Shown piece by piece: positions 1-7,990 of a DNA stretch of 32,000 bases. The notes below the pieces were generated by a model. That model ran no database searches and had not been told where the DNA came from. It saw only the letters and a list, made by a program, of their open reading frames with translations. The stretch covers positions 3,480,001 through 3,512,000 of the forward strand of contig NC_002939.5 of assembly GCF_000007985.2 (NCBI RefSeq), given 5' to 3'. Source of the stretch: Geobacter sulfurreducens PCA. GTDB lineage: Bacteria; Desulfobacterota; Desulfuromonadia; Geobacterales; Geobacteraceae. The translations under genes and the position numbers were made by a program. How positions within the stretch are numbered: the first letter of the stretch is position 1; every line of letters begins with the position of its first letter.

Positions 1-1091
1 AGGAGTATATCGGTGCCACCATCGACCACTATGCCAAAGGATTGAGGGACGAAGCGGGGCGCCCCCTGGAACGCCTCTGCACTCGGGTTATCCTCGTGAC
101 CCACTCCATGGGAGGGCTCGTGGCCCGGTCCGCCTGCGTGCTCCACGGTGCCGCAGAAAAAGTGCTCGGGGTCGTCCACGGCGTGCAGCCGGCCACCGGC
201 TCACCCGCCGCCTACTGGCGGATGAAAGCCGGGTTCGAACGCCCTGCCGGCGGACCCCGCAAGAGCATCTGGGATTGGTTTCTCAATCCCGTGAAGATGT
301 TCGAGCGGCGGGCCATGGGGTATGCCTCGGCCTGGATCCTCGGTACCGACGGTGAGGAGGTGACGGCGCTCTTGGGGAACATGCCGGGGGGGCTGCAACT
401 GCTGCCGAATAAGGATTACCGGGACAATAGCGGCAGCCGGCAGTGGCTCGCCTACCCAGGGGCCGACGGCCGTACCCTGAGCCTTCCCCGGAGCGACCCC
501 TACGAGGATATCTACCGCGTCCGAGACAACGTACCCTGGCGGATGGTGAACCCGGACTGGCTCGATCCAGGGAATCCAACTGGCAGCTCCAAGAGCTATC
601 GGAGCAAAACATCATGGGATCATTATGAGGAATATCTCCTTGAGGCCGAAGAATTCCACGACAACCTCGGCTCCCGGGTCCACGACGACACGGTCCAGTT
701 CTACTCCACCACCCTCGACTCACCGGACCGGATCGTTTACACCCGCGAACCCCACGTGCATTCTACGCCCCACCAGTTCAGGAATAAGGGGGCATTCCGG
801 GCCTATGTGGACAGTAACGACGAAATACGGGAAACCTTCGCAGGAGCAACGGCGGTGGTCGCCCTGGAACCCTTCTCCGGCACCGGCGACGGCACCGTCC
901 CCGATTCGTCGGGCAAGGCCCTGAAGGTTCCCACGGCACGGATCGGTCGGGATTCGCCCGCCGATTTCTTTTCCATCGACCATCAGGGAATCTATGGGAC
1001 GGATACAGCGAAGAAAATTGTCTTCACCACCGTCTGGAACCTGGCGATCAAGCGGATCGAGGAACAGGTGGGGGGGCCGGCCGGTGATTGA
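1..1091 (+). CDS. alpha/beta-hydrolase, lipase/esterase-like (5'-truncated by window edge); possible T6SS-associated lipase
   Basis: The frame is open from the window edge (codon phase from nt 3: EYIGATIDHYAKGL...), so the track start at 42 is an internal TTG. It has a GxSxG nucleophile elbow in VILVTHSMGGLVARS. Further on are GTGDGTVPDSSG (Asp candidate) and SIDHQGIYG (His candidate), giving a Ser-Asp-His triad order typical of PGAP1/lipase-like hydrolases. It lies 101 nt upstream of tssB on the same strand. Confidence 0.7.
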   Translation, partial: EYIGATIDHYAKGLRDEAGRPLERLCTRVILVTHSMGGLVARSACVLHGAAEKVLGVVHGVQPATGSPAAYWRMKAGFERPAGGPRKSIWDWFLNPVKMFERRAMGYASAWILGTDGEEVTALLGNMPGGLQLLPNKDYRDNSGSRQWLAYPGADGRTLSLPRSDPYEDIYRVRDNVPWRMVNPDWLDPGNPTGSSKSYRSKTSWDHYEEYLLEAEEFHDNLGSRVHDDTVQFYSTTLDSPDRIVYTREPHVHSTPHQFRNKGAFRAYVDSNDEIRETFAGATAVVALEPFSGTGDGTVPDSSGKALKVPTARIGRDSPADFFSIDHQGIYGTDTAKKIVFTTVWNLAIKRIEEQVGGPAGD

Positions 1092-1192
1092 AGGCAGGCT
1101 GAACCAGTACGGTTGACAGAAGGGTAAAGCTAAATTCAACGGGATACACGCCACGGACGGCACGTTCCCATCACACACAAAAGGAGAACTAC

Positions 1193-1678
1193 ATGTCGAA
1201 TGAAGCATCCGTAGCACCGAAGGAACGGGTGAACATCGTCTACCGTCCCGCCGATGGCGAAGGGCGCGAGGAAGTGGAGCTTCCCCTTAAAATCCTGGTG
1301 TTAGGGGACTTTACCGGGCAACCGGACGAGCGGCCCGTGGAGAAGCGGGACCCGGTGCCAGTGGACAAAGAAAACTTCAGCGAGGTCATGAAGGCCCAGA
1401 GAATCATGCTGAACATCGCCGTCTCCAACCGGCTTTACGATGCACCCGACGAGGAGCTGCCGGTGAAGCTGAAAATGGAATCCCTGAGAGATTTCGGCCC
1501 GGAGGCCATTGTGGAGCAGGTCCCGGAGATGAAACGCCTGTTGGAGTTGCGCGAGGCACTGCGGGCGCTGAAGGCTCCCCTCTCCAACATTCCGGACTTC
1601 CGGAGAAAAATTCAGGAACTGGTCACTGACGATGCCGCCCGCGCCAAGCTGCTGGCTGAAATAGGGATCGAAGGGTAA
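1193..1678 (+). CDS. tssB: T6SS contractile sheath small subunit TssB (VipA)
   Basis: AAGGAGA RBS at 1181-1187. The 161-aa product has KERVNIVYR...ELPLKILVLGDFTG, which is characteristic of TssB. It is followed 10 nt later by tssC. Confidence 0.95.
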   Translation: MSNEASVAPKERVNIVYRPADGEGREEVELPLKILVLGDFTGQPDERPVEKRDPVPVDKENFSEVMKAQRIMLNIAVSNRLYDAPDEELPVKLKMESLRDFGPEAIVEQVPEMKRLLELREALRALKAPLSNIPDFRRKIQELVTDDAARAKLLAEIGIEG

Positions 1679-1688
1679 GGAGGAAACA

Positions 1689-3173
1689 ATGAGCTCAGAG
1701 ATGAACGGCACTGCCCCCTTTCAGGACCAGGGTGCGACTGACGTGTCGCTTTTGGAGGATATCGTCCGGGTCACTAAACTTCAACCGGCCGACGAAGCTT
1801 ACTCTATCACCAGAAGAGGGGTCGCGGCCCTCATGGCCCAGCTTCTGGAGCCGGGAGCCGAAGCCCGGAAGGTATCCAAAGCAGTGCTTGATGACATGAT
1901 CGCCGAAATCGACCGCAAGCTCTCCCTCCAGATGGACGAAATCCTCCACCACCCCCAGTTCCAGGCACTTGAATCATCCTGGCGTTCGCTCCACTTCCTG
2001 GTAGATCGAACCGACTTCAGGGAAAACAACCGGATCGAATTCCTGAACGCCACCAAGGAGGAACTGCTGGACGACTTCGAGGACGCGCCCGAGGTGGCCA
2101 AATCGGGCCTCTACAAGACCGTTTACTCCGCCGAGTACGGTCAGTTCGGCGGTAAGCCGTTCGGAGCGATCATCGGCAACTACGACTTCGGTCCGGGGGC
2201 CCAGGACATAAAGCTCCTCCAGAGCCTGGCTGCCGTAGCCGGGATGGCCCACGCCCCCTTCATGGCCGCCGCATCTCCCCAGTTCTTCGGCTGTGATGAC
2301 TTCACCGCCCTGCCGAATCTCAAAGACATCTCATCGATCCTCGAAGGCCCCCAGTACGCCAAGTGGCAAGCGTTCCGCGAGAGCGAAGATGCCCGCTACG
2401 TGGGACTGGCCCTGCCCCGGTTCCTCCTGCGACTCCCCTACGGCGAGGCCACCAGGCCGGCCAAGTGTTTCAACTACGAAGAACAGGTCTCCGACAGCCA
2501 CGACCGCTACTGCTGGGGCAACGCAGCCTTCGCCTTCGCCACCCGGCTCACCGAGAGCTTTGCCAACTTCCGCTGGTGCGCCAACATCATCGGTCCCCAG
2601 GGTGGCGGAACGGTGCATGACCTGCCGCTCCACCAGTACCAGGCAATGGGAGCCATCCAGACCAAGATCCCCACCGAAGTGCTCATCAGCGAGCGCCGCG
2701 AATTCGAGCTGGCCGAAGGAGGGTTCATTGCCCTTACCATGCGAAAAGGCAGTGACAATGCCGCCTTCTTCTCCGCGAACTCGGTCCAGAAACCGAAATT
2801 CTTCGGCAGCTCCAAGGAGGGAAAAGAGGCCGAGCTCAACTACAAGCTGGGGCTCCAGCTCCCCTATATGTTCATCGTCAGTCGCCTCGCCCACTATCTG
2901 AAGGTGATCCAGCGGGAGCACATCGGCACGTGGAAGGAACGGGGCGATCTGGAGAATGAGCTCAATCTGTGGATTCGTCAGTACGTCTCCGAGATGGACA
3001 ACCCCATGCCCGGCGTTCGCAGCCGCCGTCCCCTGCGCCAGGCCGAAGTGACCGTTGAGGAAGTCCCGGGCGAACCGGGCTGGTACCGGGTGGGCCTCAA
3101 GGTCACCCCTCACTTCAAGTACATGGGGGCATACTTCACGCTGTCACTGGTGGGGAAACTGGATAAAGAGTAG
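1689..3173 (+). CDS. tssC: T6SS contractile sheath large subunit TssC (VipB)
   Basis: 494 aa with AGGAGG-like RBS (aaggaggaaacaATG). Motifs typical of TssC include HPQFQALESSWRSLHFLV, GLALPRFLLRLPYG and ...WYRVGLKVTPHFKYMGA. It sits in the conserved tssB-tssC-hcp order. Confidence 0.95.
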   Translation: MSSEMNGTAPFQDQGATDVSLLEDIVRVTKLQPADEAYSITRRGVAALMAQLLEPGAEARKVSKAVLDDMIAEIDRKLSLQMDEILHHPQFQALESSWRSLHFLVDRTDFRENNRIEFLNATKEELLDDFEDAPEVAKSGLYKTVYSAEYGQFGGKPFGAIIGNYDFGPGAQDIKLLQSLAAVAGMAHAPFMAAASPQFFGCDDFTALPNLKDISSILEGPQYAKWQAFRESEDARYVGLALPRFLLRLPYGEATRPAKCFNYEEQVSDSHDRYCWGNAAFAFATRLTESFANFRWCANIIGPQGGGTVHDLPLHQYQAMGAIQTKIPTEVLISERREFELAEGGFIALTMRKGSDNAAFFSANSVQKPKFFGSSKEGKEAELNYKLGLQLPYMFIVSRLAHYLKVIQREHIGTWKERGDLENELNLWIRQYVSEMDNPMPGVRSRRPLRQAEVTVEEVPGEPGWYRVGLKVTPHFKYMGAYFTLSLVGKLDKE

Positions 3174-3254
3174 GGACGCGACAGAATCCGAGACTGTGCC
3201 TGCAATGCGGACCATCAGGGGCCGCAATTTAACATCACAAGGAGGTAGCAGCAG

Positions 3255-3740
3255 ATGGCAATGCCCGCCCACATGACCCTGACTGGAGAAAAACAGGGAA
3301 AGATCGACGGTTCCTGCGAACTGCAGGGGCGCGAAAACACTATCCAGCTTTACGAAATGAAGCACGACATCCACATGCCGCGCAATCCCCATGACGGCCT
3401 GCCCACCGGCAAGCGCGTCCATGGCCCCCTGTCGATCGTCAAGATGTTCGACAAGAGTTCGCCGAAACTCTATCAGGCCCTCTGCACCGGAGAGCACATG
3501 AAAAACGTGCAGATCAAGTGGTACCGTATCAACAAACAAGGGCTGGAAGAGCACTATTTCACCACCACCCTTGAGGATGCCATCGTGGTCGAGATGAAAC
3601 CCTACATGCCCATGACGCTCCTTCCTGCGAACGAGCCCTACGGCCATATGGAAGAGGTGGCATTCTCCTACAAGAAGATCAAGTGGACCTGGGAGCCCAA
3701 CGGTATCGAGGCTGAGGATTCCTGGAGCGTGCCCAAGTAG
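3255..3740 (+). CDS. hcp: T6SS inner tube protein Hcp (TssD)
   Basis: 161 aa with AAGGAGG RBS upstream. The sequence is Hcp1-like (AHMTLTGEKQGKIDGSCELQGRENTIQLYEMKHDIHMPRN...GKRVHGPLSIVKMFDKSSPKLYQAL). Confidence 0.93.
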   Translation: MAMPAHMTLTGEKQGKIDGSCELQGRENTIQLYEMKHDIHMPRNPHDGLPTGKRVHGPLSIVKMFDKSSPKLYQALCTGEHMKNVQIKWYRINKQGLEEHYFTTTLEDAIVVEMKPYMPMTLLPANEPYGHMEEVAFSYKKIKWTWEPNGIEAEDSWSVPK

Positions 3741-3757
3741 TTATTTTCTGATGGTAT

Positions 3758-3788
3758 GCCCTCCTCGGCGACGGGGAGGGTGCATTTT
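3758..3788 (+). terminator. candidate rho-independent terminator/attenuator after hcp
   Basis: Short GC stem ccctcc (3759-3764) pairs with ggaggg (3775-3780), followed by tgcatttt. The stem is only 6 bp, so this may be partial termination at most. Confidence 0.4.
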
Positions 3789-3858
3789 CAGATAATCTCA
3801 ACATTGCAACATGGCGTGTGCATTACCCGAAGATGGCAAAGCAATTGCGAGGTAGCAA

Positions 3859-4314
3859 ATGAGATTCTGTGGCGTGTGTGTAGCTATCTATATGCTACTG
3901 CTCGGGGCTGTCTCGGCCCACGCTGACCAGCAGGTGACTTTTTCTGCCACAAAGCACGAGCGAGAGAGAAAAATCGTAAAGACACTGTTGAAGAAAGAGA
4001 TCCGGGAAGCAAAGACCCTCTCGAAAGAACCTGTTCAGATCGATATTGCACTGGCCGACCTTAATCACGACGGTACACGTGAGATTCTGGCATATGTGCG
4101 ACAGTCTCCCTATTTTTGCGGCACTGAAGGGTGCTGGTTCGTGATTTTTAGGCAAGAAGGCCGAACATGGCGTAACATACTTCAGTTGATAATTCAGGAA
4201 AATGTCAGCCTATCCAGCATTTCAACATCAGATTTTGTTGATCTGATTGTGGAAGACAAGTCAGTATGGAGTTGGCATGATTACAAATACGACTTCTCGC
4301 ATAAACTTCCATGA
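3859..4314 (+). CDS. Sec-exported hypothetical protein (candidate immunity protein for the adjacent cell-wall hydrolase)
   Basis: GAGGT RBS 5 nt upstream of the ATG. The N-terminus MRFCGVCVAIYMLLLGAVSAHA/DQ looks like a signal peptide with an AHA cleavage site. The gene is AT-rich (hand counts 24/60 and 23/60 G+C in 4141-4200 and 4201-4260). I recognise no family. Confidence 0.6.
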   Translation: MRFCGVCVAIYMLLLGAVSAHADQQVTFSATKHERERKIVKTLLKKEIREAKTLSKEPVQIDIALADLNHDGTREILAYVRQSPYFCGTEGCWFVIFRQEGRTWRNILQLIIQENVSLSSISTSDFVDLIVEDKSVWSWHDYKYDFSHKLP

Positions 4315-4353
4315 TTCATTCAACAACTTGATACCGAACAGTAATAATTTCCA

Positions 4354-5286
4354 TTGAGGGCGTATGCCGTGAGTAAGACGTTTGAGGATTTTTTGACTGC
4401 TTTGGCACAGAAAGAGTCGAGCAGGAGATATGACATCGAAAACTACAGTGGCTATTTGGGTAAGTACCAAGTGGGGGAGTATGCCCTGATCGATGCGGGA
4501 TATTATCTCCACGATGGAACGGGCGCCAGGAAAAATGCAGAAGGCAAATACGTTGACAACGATTGGATCGGTCACTGGACGGGACGGAAGGGCGTTAAGA
4601 GCAAGGTGGATTTTCTCTCTGCCCCTGAAGCCCAGGAAGACGCAATCCGGCACCACGTGGCCAACCTCTGGAAACAAATCAAAGCGTTGCATCTGGATTT
4701 GTACGAGGGCACAACGGTCAACGGGATCGTTATCACGAAATCGGGAATGATCGGAGGAGCCCATCTGAAGGGGGTCGGAGGGCTGAAAAGTTATCTCAAA
4801 TCTGCAGGCCGCAACATTCCGAAAGATGGAAACGGCACGTCCATTGAACACTATGTGTCAACGTTTGGTGGCTATGATATTGAGAGCATTCTGAAGGAGG
4901 CATGCGGAGCAACCGACAACGCAGAGAATCACCGAGCCATGACCACTGTTGGTCAATCCCGATCAAAGACTAAATTGGCGAAAAAGCATGTTGGAAACGG
5001 GGGCAACGCTCAACATTATGTTGTAAGGCCTGGAGATACCCTGTCTAGAATTTCCCGCATGCATAACCTCTCAGTGGCCGAAATACTTACGGTTAATCCC
5101 TCAATAACCGACAGGAACCGGATAGCTGTCGGACAGAAGTTGGTAATCCCTTCGGACAAAACTGCCAGTCACAGTTACGGCAAGACACCCTATGCGCCTG
5201 CATCACATCCTCAAGTTGGCTCAACACCTCGGCAACCGTGGTGGGGAGAAACATTTGTCGGAGGATTCCGCAAGAAATGGAACTGA
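4354..5286 (+). CDS. lysozyme-like (SLT/GH23-type) domain protein with C-terminal LysM domain; candidate peptidoglycan-targeting T6SS effector
   Basis: The N-terminal LAQKESSRRYD...GYLGKYQVGEYAL resembles the SLT catalytic E-S motif and the GxxGxxQ motif. Residues 221-266 (nt 5014-5151), HYVVRPGDTLSRISRMHNLSVAEILTVNPSITDRNRIAVGQKLVIP, are a textbook LysM. There is no hydrophobic signal peptide. The start is uncertain (TTG 4354 or GTG 4369). Confidence 0.65.
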   Translation: MRAYAVSKTFEDFLTALAQKESSRRYDIENYSGYLGKYQVGEYALIDAGYYLHDGTGARKNAEGKYVDNDWIGHWTGRKGVKSKVDFLSAPEAQEDAIRHHVANLWKQIKALHLDLYEGTTVNGIVITKSGMIGGAHLKGVGGLKSYLKSAGRNIPKDGNGTSIEHYVSTFGGYDIESILKEACGATDNAENHRAMTTVGQSRSKTKLAKKHVGNGGNAQHYVVRPGDTLSRISRMHNLSVAEILTVNPSITDRNRIAVGQKLVIPSDKTASHSYGKTPYAPASHPQVGSTPRQPWWGETFVGGFRKKWN

Positions 5287-5342
5287 GGGGGTCATCGCCA
5301 CCGCCTCTCTGAGCAATTCGTAAGTTTCACGAGGAAAACGCC

Positions 5343-7436
5343 ATGACAATCCAAAAGGCCGCGGCAAGCCTCCTTTCTCAGGGCTCAACATCAAGCTTTC
5401 AGTTCGAGATTCCCGCCACCAGGCACTTACTGTCGGTAGCGGGATTCACCGTCGACGAGCGTATATCCCATCCCTATGACATCCACCTCACCCTGGCCAC
5501 AAAGGACAATGTGGATCTCGACGAGGTGATCGACAAGGAAGCCGTGCTTTCCGTAGATCATGAGGGCGGAACGCGCTATTTCCACGGTGTTGTCCGGGAA
5601 TTCACCTCTCTCGGGACGGACGGCGACTACGACCTCTACCACGCCCACATTGTGCCGGCCCTGTGGTTCCTTTCGCTGGAGCAGGATTGCCGTGTTTTCC
5701 AGTTCAAGAACGTTCAGGACATAGTCGCCGAAATCCTCGAAGAGAGTAATATCACCAGTGACCGCTACCGCTTCGCACTCTCCAGGGAGGACCGCCTGCG
5801 CAAATTCTGCGTCCAGTACCGGGAAACGGACCTGAACTTTGTCTCGCGACTTCTCGAAGAGGAGGGAATCTTCTACTTTTTCGAGCACTACGAAGACAAG
5901 CACGTCATCGTCTTTTCCGACACCGGCTCAGGCTATCTCTACATGCCCGGCAAGCGCCAGATCCCCTTCAACACCAATGACGGCATGGTGCCCGGAAAGG
6001 AGAGCGTCTTCGACTTCATCTACTCGCGCCGCGTTCGCCCCGGCAAGGTGTCACAGCGCGATTATTGCTACAAGCACACGAACCTCGACTTGACCACCCA
6101 GCGGCAGGGAAAGGTGTCCGCTCAGCGGGAGGTCTACGACTTCCCCGGCAATTACTTCAATGAGGAACGAGGTACCTATCTGGCCAACGTCCGCCTGGAG
6201 CGATTGCTGGTGCTCGGCGCGACCGCAGAAGGGCAGAGTTCGTGCCCTCGCATGATGCCGGGACACGAGTGGGAACTTTCCGGCCACGATTATGCCGGGA
6301 AGTATCTGCCAGTGGCAGTCATCCATCATGGCGCTCAGCCCCAGGTGCTTGGCGAGCATGCCGGAGATGGCGGCTTTCGCTACGACAACGAATTTATCGC
6401 CGTGCCGGCCGCCGTAACGGTCCGCCCCCAGATTGTCGCCGGCAGGCCCGCCATCGTCGGACTCCAGACTGCCGTCGTTACCGGCTCGCCCGGCGAAGAA
6501 ATCCACGCCGACCCCGACGGCTACCTGCGGGTGAAAGTGCAGTTTCCCTGGGACCGGCGTGGCCGGAAGGATGGCAGGACCTCATGCTGGGTCAGGGTCG
6601 GCCAGCCCTGGGGAGGCGGTGGATGGGGAACCCAGTTTCTGCCCCGTGTTGGAGACGAGGTGCTTGTCACGTTCCTTGAAGGCGACCCCGACCGCCCCAT
6701 GGTAATCGGCAGTGCGTACAACTCCGAAAATCAACCACTGTACGCTTTGCCCGCCAGTAAAACCCAGAGCGGCATCCGCACCCGCAGCTACCCAAACGGC
6801 GGTACTGACAATTTCCATGAACTCCGCTTCGAGGATAAGAAGGGAAGCGAGGAGATCTACCTGCAGAGCGAAAAGGACTGGAACATTCTGGTTAAAAACG
6901 ACAAGGGGCAGACTGTCGGGCGGAACGAGAGCCTGACCGTCGGCAACAACCGCTCAAAAACGGTGGGGGTGGATCAGAGCGAGAGTGTCGGTGTCAACAA
7001 GTCCATCCAGGTAGGGGCAAACCACAACGAAAGCATCGGCGCCAACATGACTCTGAGCGTAGGCGGTTTCAAGAATGAGACTGTCGGCATAAATTCACTC
7101 GAAACAATCGGCGGTGCAAAGGAGCTAGCCATTGGCGGCCTCTACCAAGTTGCGGTAGGCGGCGTCATGAACGAGACGGTTGCCGGCGCCAAAACGGAAG
7201 AAGTCGGACTGGCAAAAGCGGTGTTCGTCGGCAACAACATGAGTGAGAACGTAAAAGGTGACAGAACCACCAATACAAACGGCAACTACACGGAAACCAT
7301 CAGCGCCAAATATTACGCCAAAGCTGACGAATATGTCATCGAGGCGCCCAAAATCACGCTTAAGGCCGGTTCTTCATCCATTGTCATGGATGGGAGCAGC
7401 ATAACGATCAAGGCGAGCAAAATTTTCCAGAATTGA
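5343..7436 (+). CDS. vgrG: T6SS spike protein VgrG (TssI), no C-terminal effector extension
   Basis: 697 aa. It has the gp27-like N-terminus (FQFEIP...ISHPYDIHLTLA), a gp5 OB region (WVRVGQPWGGGGWGTQFLPRVGDEVLVTFLEGDPDRPMVIGSAYN) and C-terminal beta-helix repeats (xVGxNxSxxVG). Confidence 0.95.
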   Translation: MTIQKAAASLLSQGSTSSFQFEIPATRHLLSVAGFTVDERISHPYDIHLTLATKDNVDLDEVIDKEAVLSVDHEGGTRYFHGVVREFTSLGTDGDYDLYHAHIVPALWFLSLEQDCRVFQFKNVQDIVAEILEESNITSDRYRFALSREDRLRKFCVQYRETDLNFVSRLLEEEGIFYFFEHYEDKHVIVFSDTGSGYLYMPGKRQIPFNTNDGMVPGKESVFDFIYSRRVRPGKVSQRDYCYKHTNLDLTTQRQGKVSAQREVYDFPGNYFNEERGTYLANVRLERLLVLGATAEGQSSCPRMMPGHEWELSGHDYAGKYLPVAVIHHGAQPQVLGEHAGDGGFRYDNEFIAVPAAVTVRPQIVAGRPAIVGLQTAVVTGSPGEEIHADPDGYLRVKVQFPWDRRGRKDGRTSCWVRVGQPWGGGGWGTQFLPRVGDEVLVTFLEGDPDRPMVIGSAYNSENQPLYALPASKTQSGIRTRSYPNGGTDNFHELRFEDKKGSEEIYLQSEKDWNILVKNDKGQTVGRNESLTVGNNRSKTVGVDQSESVGVNKSIQVGANHNESIGANMTLSVGGFKNETVGINSLETIGGAKELAIGGLYQVAVGGVMNETVAGAKTEEVGLAKAVFVGNNMSENVKGDRTTNTNGNYTETISAKYYAKADEYVIEAPKITLKAGSSSIVMDGSSITIKASKIFQN

Positions 7437-7467
7437 ACCCAGGGCCACGGGATATGCGGAGAATGAT

Positions 7468-7970
7468 GTGAGAAAAAAGGCTTCAGCTATTTCGTTTGGA
7501 ATTAACGGCACCCTGTCGGAAGGGTTTCGCGTCGGCCGCATCGTTTCCGCAACCGACAACAGGTTTATCGTCGATTACCCGGAGAACTCTCTGGGTCCCA
7601 TCGCCGCCCGGCTCACGACCTCGGTGAAAAACCGGCTTCTGGACACGGGCAACCCGGCAGAGGAAAAGAAATTCTCCTGGCATTTGAGAACAACGATCCC
7701 GGACAGCCGATCATTGTCGACACAATGTACTCACTACTTGATGAGATCGCCGATGCGACAGCGGCCGAAACTGCGAAGGCCGTTCCGAACGAAGTGATTG
7801 TCGACGGGACGCGGATCACGTTTGATGCTCGGGAAGAAATCGAGCTCAAATGCGGAAAAGCCAGTATCGTTCTCACCAGCGCCGGCAAGGTAATCATCAA
7901 GGGAGCCTACCTGCTCAGCCAGTCTTCTGGCGAAAACAGGATCAAAGGCGCGTCCGTTGGAATCAATTGA
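7468..7970 (+). pseudogene. DUF6484-like small protein split by a frameshift into two ORFs (7468..7797 and 7725..7970)
   Basis: The N-terminal part (GRIVSATDNRFIVDYPENSLGPIAARLTT...) reads in frame 1. The conserved continuation EILLAFENNDPGQPIIVDTMY...VIVDGTRITFDAREEIELKCGKASIVLTSAGKVIIKGAYLLSQSSGENRIKGASVGIN reads in frame 0. The switch must lie at or near the A-rich run gaggaaaagaaatt (7660-7673). Upstream of it, frame 0 gives only Arg-rich nonsense and has a stop at 7503. Confidence 0.6.
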
Positions 7971-7990
7971 ATTATCACACTACTCAACTG

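Noticed and set aside
1092-1192. Promoter upstream of tssB (TTGACA at 1113-1118; GGCACG at about 1159 as a sigma54 -24 element)
   Set aside because: The best -10-like hexamer (TAAATT) is only 12 nt from the -35. The GGCACG is not followed by a GC/TTGC element at the -12 spacing. This is not supportable as either a sigma70 or a sigma54 promoter.
6880-7300. Periodic pattern that could be mistaken for a tandem DNA repeat
   Set aside because: It is the protein-level beta-helix repeat of VgrG (xVGxNxSxxVG). The nucleotide units are not conserved and there are no spacer/repeat units.
7850-7990. Upstream extension of the TIGR02270/HEAT ORF (track start 7850)
   Set aside because: It overlaps the conserved C-terminal half of the DUF6484-like gene in another frame and encodes Arg/Gln-rich sequence. 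ATG 7991, just after that gene's stop, is the sensible start.
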